A stretch of DNA of 44,677 nucleotides from the sequence record SRR31156797_9235; one strand, written 5' to 3'. Within the stretch, counting starts at the first letter, position 1. Each line of letters opens with the position of its first letter. The notes under the pieces were generated by a model, which had not been told where the DNA came from, ran no database searches, and was given only the letters and a program-made list of their open reading frames with translations. A program made the translations under genes and the position numbers. This document shows, one piece after another, positions 39,233-44,677 of this stretch.

Positions 39233-41901
39233 TGAAAAAAAGAGATATAAAAAGAAGCCTTCTAACCCTTATTGTAGTGTCACTCTTCGGGTTCGCCTCT
39301 GTGCTTGCGACCCACCGTATATTCCTTGATATAGAGACGAAGCTTGATAAGGTTCTCCATAACACAGAAGTCCGTAATAAAATAGGTAAGTTTATACTCG
39401 CAGACCTCAGCACAATAGAGTCTTTATTTTATAAGATAGCTCTTTCAAAGAATAACGCCCTTTCTCAAGTTTTGAAAAAGGAGATCAAATACCACATAGA
39501 GATGGTCAAAAAATCTCTTAGCGTTCTGGAAAGCGGCGGCTCGGTCACCTATGAAAACACCCTGAACGTTGCAAATGTAGAGAAATTTAATATCACTCAC
39601 ACATATTTCCCTAAAGGCGACAAATATAATATATCACTCGAGTCTATCGATCTTCTCCCTAAGCTAAACGATCTTGAAGACAAGGTTGACGAACTGATAC
39701 TTCTTATTAGTGAATACGAGCGAACAGATTTAACCGGCGAAGAAGCGAAAGAGGTAGAGTACAAAATAAACCTTTTCATAAAGATGATCCCTACAAGCTT
39801 TATCAGGATGAAGGAAAATGCCAACAGGCTTATGTACCAGAGCAGGCTTGAGGCTGAAAAACATAGAGAAGATATTTATAAACAGAAAAACAATTACAAT
39901 ACCTATGAGGGAGTTATATCCATGTCTGTGGTACTCCTCATATTCATACTCTGGCTAAAGGTTTCTAATCAGATAAAGCAAACCAATAAAGACCTGATGA
40001 AATCATCATCCGAACAGAAAAGGCTCGCAAAAGAAGCGGAAGAAGCGAACAAGGCTAAAACAGTTTTCCTCGCAAATATGAGCCACGAGATCAGAACACC
40101 TCTGAATTCTATAATAGGTTTTTCTGAAATCTTGTCTCACTCTGAGCTCCCTAAAGAAGAGAAAGGCTACGCCGGCGTTGTCACAAGAAATGCTAAAGCA
40201 CTGCTGGGGATAATAAACGATATTCTTGATATATCAAAGATCGAAAGCGGCAACATAGAGCTCAGCTCAGAACAGTTTGAGCCTGCCACCGTCTTCGACC
40301 AGACGGTTGAACTCCTTAACGTAAAGGCTCAGGACAAAAATATCCGCTTCAACTATGAATACGACACCAATATACCGAAAGGACTCTACGGCGACTATTT
40401 CCGTATTCAGCAGGTATTGGCAAATTTTATCAGTAATGCTATCAAATTCACCCCTGACAGCGGTGTTATAACCTTCAGCATAAAGCTAAATCACGCTGAT
40501 GAAGAGAAATGCAGCCTCGCCTTTTCTGTAAAAGATTCAGGTATAGGGGTGTCTCAGGATGCTCTTGAGAAGATATTCGAACCCTTTTCACAGGCTAATG
40601 ACAGCATCACCAGACTATACGGCGGGACAGGGCTCGGGCTTGCGATATGCCAGAAGCTTATTCAGCTTATGGGTTCTGAAATCAAAGTGGAGAGTATTGT
40701 TAATGTCGGAAGCCAGTTCAGCTTTAATCTTGAATTTACTATCTCTGATGAACGTTCATTTGAAGAGAAATCAGTCCGTACAAATTTCTCTTTTGCTGTT
40801 TTCAAACAGTCTGATAACCCGGATATAAACAGGATATCCGACTATATAAGCAATTTCGGCAGTGTTGATATAAACCCATGTGCCTCTAACGAAAATAAAT
40901 ATGACATGGTTTTCTGTATGCCTGAAAACAATTACGGGCTGCTCGAAGATGTTACATCCGCCTGCAAAGAATCCCCGCTTGTATTCGTAGGTAACACAGA
41001 ATCAGTAGACAGTGACCTGGCGGCAAAATTTAAATATAGCATCGACGCACCTATATACGGCTCAAAGATTCTTAGTATTGTCTCTTCTGAGTGTGTAGTT
41101 TATCAAAATGAGGACACTGATATATTCCACGATGAAAAATACAGCGGAACAGTGCTCGTCGCAGAAGATAACCCAAGCAACCAGATGCTTATAAAGCTCC
41201 TCCTAAGCAAACTCGGGCTAACCACAGAGATAGCTCATAACGGTCAGGAAGCTTTTGATAAGTGCATAAAGGGGAACTACTGCGTTGTCTTTATGGATGT
41301 AAACATGCCTGTCATGGATGGAATCACAGCCAGTAAAGAGATTATAGACACCAGAAAAGAGCTGAACCTCCCTGAGCTTACGATCATAGCACTAACCGCA
41401 AACGCTCTCAAAGGCGATAAGGAGCGATACCTAGAGGCAGGCATGTGCGATTACCTCAGCAAACCTATCCTAAGCAAAGACCTGATAAATATAATATCCA
41501 GATACTGCACAGCTGTAAAACAAGATAAAACACTTATAGACATAGCTGTTACAGAGCCTGAAATTCAAGAAGAAATAGGATGTTCTTTTGATAAGCATAA
41601 ATCTGCAAGGAATCTTGACCTTGACGACTCAACCTATGAGATGCTCGCAGAGAACTTTTACCTGACTCTGGAGAGTAATCTGAAGAAACTTGAAGGCAAT
41701 ATTACAGATAAAAAACCTAAGGAGACGATTGAAATAACCCACTATATAAAAGGTGCGTGCAGCAACCTTGGGATGCAAGACCCGACAACTATTCTTGAAC
41801 AGATCGAGTCAGATGCTGAAAAAGGGATATTTGACGACACAAAACTGAGCCTTATAAGGCTTTATTTCAAGATGATAAAAGATCAGATATTCGATAGATA
41901 A
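39232..41901 (+). CDS. Hybrid sensor histidine kinase (TM-sensor-HisKA-HATPase-REC-Hpt)
   Basis: FLANMSHEIRTPLN, SNAIKFT, DSGIG, GGTGLGL; AEDN/MDVNMP/TANA/KP; THYIKGACSNLG Hpt. Confidence 0.94.
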   Translation: MKKRDIKRSLLTLIVVSLFGFASVLATHRIFLDIETKLDKVLHNTEVRNKIGKFILADLSTIESLFYKIALSKNNALSQVLKKEIKYHIEMVKKSLSVLESGGSVTYENTLNVANVEKFNITHTYFPKGDKYNISLESIDLLPKLNDLEDKVDELILLISEYERTDLTGEEAKEVEYKINLFIKMIPTSFIRMKENANRLMYQSRLEAEKHREDIYKQKNNYNTYEGVISMSVVLLIFILWLKVSNQIKQTNKDLMKSSSEQKRLAKEAEEANKAKTVFLANMSHEIRTPLNSIIGFSEILSHSELPKEEKGYAGVVTRNAKALLGIINDILDISKIESGNIELSSEQFEPATVFDQTVELLNVKAQDKNIRFNYEYDTNIPKGLYGDYFRIQQVLANFISNAIKFTPDSGVITFSIKLNHADEEKCSLAFSVKDSGIGVSQDALEKIFEPFSQANDSITRLYGGTGLGLAICQKLIQLMGSEIKVESIVNVGSQFSFNLEFTISDERSFEEKSVRTNFSFAVFKQSDNPDINRISDYISNFGSVDINPCASNENKYDMVFCMPENNYGLLEDVTSACKESPLVFVGNTESVDSDLAAKFKYSIDAPIYGSKILSIVSSECVVYQNEDTDIFHDEKYSGTVLVAEDNPSNQMLIKLLLSKLGLTTEIAHNGQEAFDKCIKGNYCVVFMDVNMPVMDGITASKEIIDTRKELNLPELTIIALTANALKGDKERYLEAGMCDYLSKPILSKDLINIISRYCTAVKQDKTLIDIAVTEPEIQEEIGCSFDKHKSARNLDLDDSTYEMLAENFYLTLESNLKKLEGNITDKKPKETIEITHYIKGACSNLGMQDPTTILEQIESDAEKGIFDDTKLSLIRLYFKMIKDQIFDR

Positions 41902-42097
41902 TTTTCCATAACACAACTTAAGTCAAACCAAGCGCCTGATACAATGACTTTCCCTTAGATGATAATTTCGTGACTACAGGAGAATATGGTCATAAAAGCT
42001 TCATCTTTAAAAGGAAGGCCGGCGTCCTGCCGGCACCCCGTGAGCTCCGTCTCATTCGGCGTGGTTTTTCCACTACCTACGCTAAACATATATCAAT

Positions 42098-42937
42098 TCA
42101 CATGCCAACTTTTATGAGCATCACGCCAGCCATAATGACTATCGTGCCTAAAACCTTGTTAAAAGTAAGCTTTTCACCAAAAAACGCTAATCCCATAACC
42201 GCTCCGAAGAGCACACTCACCTGCCGGAGGGCAGTCGCATAGGAAACTTCTACCATAGTCAGACCGTATCTGTAAGACACAAAAGAGGCAAAAACTATCA
42301 CCCCGGCAAGAAAAACCCACTTCAAATCATTTCTAATATACTTTACAGAAATATTCCCGTGGCGTCTTGAAAATATATATAGGAAGGACGTCATAAAAAA
42401 CGACATAGAGTATACATATAATATGAAGTTCCCCTGAGAAACCCCCTTCTTATCCACCAGAGCACCGAAAGAGTATAAGAACGCAGCCAAAAAAGCGTAG
42501 GCTATACCTTTCCCTAGTTTAAATCCTCTACCTTTAGCACTATTCAGAATTATCGTACCTATAATAGTAGAGAAGATACCAGCCACACCTATAACCGTAA
42601 GGTCTTCTTTAAGGAACAAAACTGCCCATATCAGAATAAAAAAGGGTGATGAGGTTGTAATAGGATAAACCAGAGACACATCTGCGTATCTGTAAGATGT
42701 TGAAACTGCTAGATGATAACCTGTAAAAAACAGTGCAGCGATAAATGCACTAAGAACCACCCACGGGTCGAAGTAGAGATAATCCGAAAAAAGGACAGGA
42801 TAGAGCATTGTAAAAAAAGTGATGTTAACAAGGTGCATGTAAAAATTAAACGCATATTTGTTTTCAGATTTTTTCAGCAAAATGTTCCATAATGAATGAG
42901 ACAGTGCGCTGATTATTATGAATAAAAACCCTGTCAT
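42098..42937 (-). CDS. DMT/EamA family transporter
   Basis: About 10 TM segments, two EamA repeats (DVSLVYPI, FLKE, FFGEK). Confidence 0.88.
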   Translation of the reverse strand: MTGFLFIIISALSHSLWNILLKKSENKYAFNFYMHLVNITFFTMLYPVLFSDYLYFDPWVVLSAFIAALFFTGYHLAVSTSYRYADVSLVYPITTSSPFFILIWAVLFLKEDLTVIGVAGIFSTIIGTIILNSAKGRGFKLGKGIAYAFLAAFLYSFGALVDKKGVSQGNFILYVYSMSFFMTSFLYIFSRRHGNISVKYIRNDLKWVFLAGVIVFASFVSYRYGLTMVEVSYATALRQVSVLFGAVMGLAFFGEKLTFNKVLGTIVIMAGVMLIKVGM

Positions 42938-43120
42938 AACCGCCCTTTATTGAGATTCATTTTATCAAGTTATGCATTATTTGAAATAACGTCTTTTTAT
43001 GTTTTTATGATTTTTTATTATCACACTTAGCATGACGTCAGGTCAAGCTTAAATTATTGTCAGATAGTTTTAAATTCATAAATATATTATATATATTAAG
43101 TGCCTGTATTTTGTACATAA

Positions 43121-43174
43121 GTGCACACTGTATACAATTTCACTGTTGACAAGGGGTATCAAGAATGCTAAAAA
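43121..43174 (+). promoter_or_regulatory. gltA promoter with upstream TGTATACA site
   Basis: TTGACA (43146), 17-nt spacer, TAAAAA with TGn; palindrome TGTATACA at 43129-43136. Confidence 0.6.
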
Positions 43175-43226
43175 ATAAACAGTGTTTAAATTATAAGACA
43201 GATAAATATATTTAGGAGGCATTATA

Positions 43227-44534
43227 ATGGGACTTAAAGAAGTACTTAAGGAAAAAATCGATGCACACCGCCCTAGAACAACTAAACTTGTTAAGGAATT
43301 CGGTGACACAAAAGTAGGCGAGTATACAATCGCTCAAACTATCGGTGGTGGTAGAGGAATTAAATCTCTCGTAACAGATATCTCTTACCTCGACCCTATG
43401 GAAGGTATCCGTTTCAGAGGCATGACTATCCCTGAGACATTCGCAGCTCTTCCAAAAGTTCCTGGCTCAAACTACCCATACGTAGAGTCATTCTGGTATC
43501 TCCTTCTTACAGGTGATGTTCCTACTGTTGAGCAGACACAAGAAGTTGTAGACCTCTGGAAAGAAGTTGGAGAAGTACCACAGTACGTTTTCGACATCCT
43601 TCGTGCTATGCCAAGAGATTCTCACCCAATGGCTATGTTCTCAGCGGCTATCGTTGCTATGCAGCGTGAGTCAATATTCAGCAACAACTACGCAGCTGGT
43701 AAGTTCAACAAAATGACTTGCTGGGAAGATATGCTTGATGACTGTAACATCCTTATGTCAAGACTTGGCAAAATCGGTGCTTACATATACAGAATGAAAT
43801 ACAAGAGTGACACACACATAGAGTCTAACCCTGATCTTGACTTCGGCGGTAACTTCGCACACATGATCGGTCAGTCAGACGAGTATATGGATGTTGCTAG
43901 AATGTACTTCATCCTTCACTCTGACCACGAGTCAGGAAACGTATCTGCACACGCTACACACCTTGTAGCTTCTGCACTTTCAGATGCATACTACTCACTT
44001 TCCGCTGGTATCAACGGTCTTGCTGGTCCACTTCACGGTCTTGCTAACGAAGAAGTTCTTCGCTGGACACAAAACTTCATGGATAAGCTCGGCGGTGAGG
44101 TTCCTTCAAAAGAAGCTCTTGAAAAAGCTCTCTGGGACACACTTAACAGCGGTCAGGTTATCCCTGGATACGGTCACGCGGTTCTTCGTAAGACAGACCC
44201 ACGTTACTCTTCACAGCAGGAATTCTGCCTTAACACACCAGGACTTAAAGATTACCCACTTTTCAAACTTGTTAAGATGATCTTTGATGTTGCACCTGGC
44301 GTTCTTCTTGAGCATGGTAAAGCTAAAAACCCATGGCCAAACGTTGACGCTCAGTCTGGTGTTATCCAGTGGTACTACGGTGTTACTGAATACGAGTACT
44401 ACACAGTGCTTTTCGGTATCGGTAGAGCACTTGGTGTTCTTGCTAACATCACTTGGGACAGAGCTCTCGGTTACGCTATCGAGCGTCCTAAGTCTGTTAC
44501 TACTGCTATGCTCGAAGAAGTTGCTGGTATCTAA
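43227..44534 (+). CDS. gltA: Citrate (Si)-synthase, eukaryote-like type
   Basis: HSDHESGNVSAH, GLAGPLHGLAN, PGYGHAVLRKTDPR, NPWPNVDA, IERPKS. Confidence 0.95.
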   Translation: MGLKEVLKEKIDAHRPRTTKLVKEFGDTKVGEYTIAQTIGGGRGIKSLVTDISYLDPMEGIRFRGMTIPETFAALPKVPGSNYPYVESFWYLLLTGDVPTVEQTQEVVDLWKEVGEVPQYVFDILRAMPRDSHPMAMFSAAIVAMQRESIFSNNYAAGKFNKMTCWEDMLDDCNILMSRLGKIGAYIYRMKYKSDTHIESNPDLDFGGNFAHMIGQSDEYMDVARMYFILHSDHESGNVSAHATHLVASALSDAYYSLSAGINGLAGPLHGLANEEVLRWTQNFMDKLGGEVPSKEALEKALWDTLNSGQVIPGYGHAVLRKTDPRYSSQQEFCLNTPGLKDYPLFKLVKMIFDVAPGVLLEHGKAKNPWPNVDAQSGVIQWYYGVTEYEYYTVLFGIGRALGVLANITWDRALGYAIERPKSVTTAMLEEVAGI

Positions 44535-44565
44535 TTTAGATATTAATTACTTTCGACATATATTT

Positions 44566-44592
44566 AAAAAGGAGACCTTCGGGTCTCCTTTT
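44566..44592 (+). terminator. Intrinsic terminator after gltA
   Basis: AAAAGGAGACC-TTCG-GGTCTCCTTTT. Confidence 0.88.
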
Positions 44593-44677
44593 CTCGTTTA
44601 GGAACGAGAGCCCTATCACTAAGTCGTGAAAAGTCCTATCGTGTTCCAGCTTGTCGGCTCGATACTCTCGCCTGACT

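Noticed and set aside
41970-42242. 90-aa plus-strand ORF
   Set aside because: Overlaps EamA antisense and the hairpin element; not protein-like
44593-44677. Hairpin CTCGTT-TAGG-AACGAG and GTCGTGAAAAGTC, possibly the start of a repeat or MITE
   Set aside because: Truncated by window edge; no second copy in the window

Overview
Mostly core chromosome of an anaerobic Gram-negative bacterium. Gene content and protein sequences suggest Deferribacterota (Denitrovibrio-like); this is an inference. Housekeeping content: 5' half of a tRNA, rpoD-dnaG, accA-mutL-miaA-hfq-DUF4416-ftsB-xseA-greA, ileS-lspA-purH-purD-purE-tsaC, cysS, RNase P RNA and a eukaryote/Geobacter-type citrate synthase. The region 25-42 kb is rich in signalling genes: triheme cytochrome c7, PilZ, MCP, HD-GYP, two tandem GntR regulators and a GGDEF-EAL protein. 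The best candidate for an undescribed system is a three-gene operon encoding a REC-HD-GYP phosphodiesterase, a ModA-like lipoprotein with no adjacent transporter, and a hybrid kinase with Hpt. It suggests oxyanion sensing wired to c-di-GMP. Notable non-coding signals: a 7-bp-periodic GTATACA operator array at the gntR promoter with a related site at the gltA promoter, clusters of GGA-loop (CsrA-type) hairpins, a two-copy REP-like palindrome, and a terminator-like hairpin in the dnaG leader. No CRISPR array, prophage or transposase was seen.
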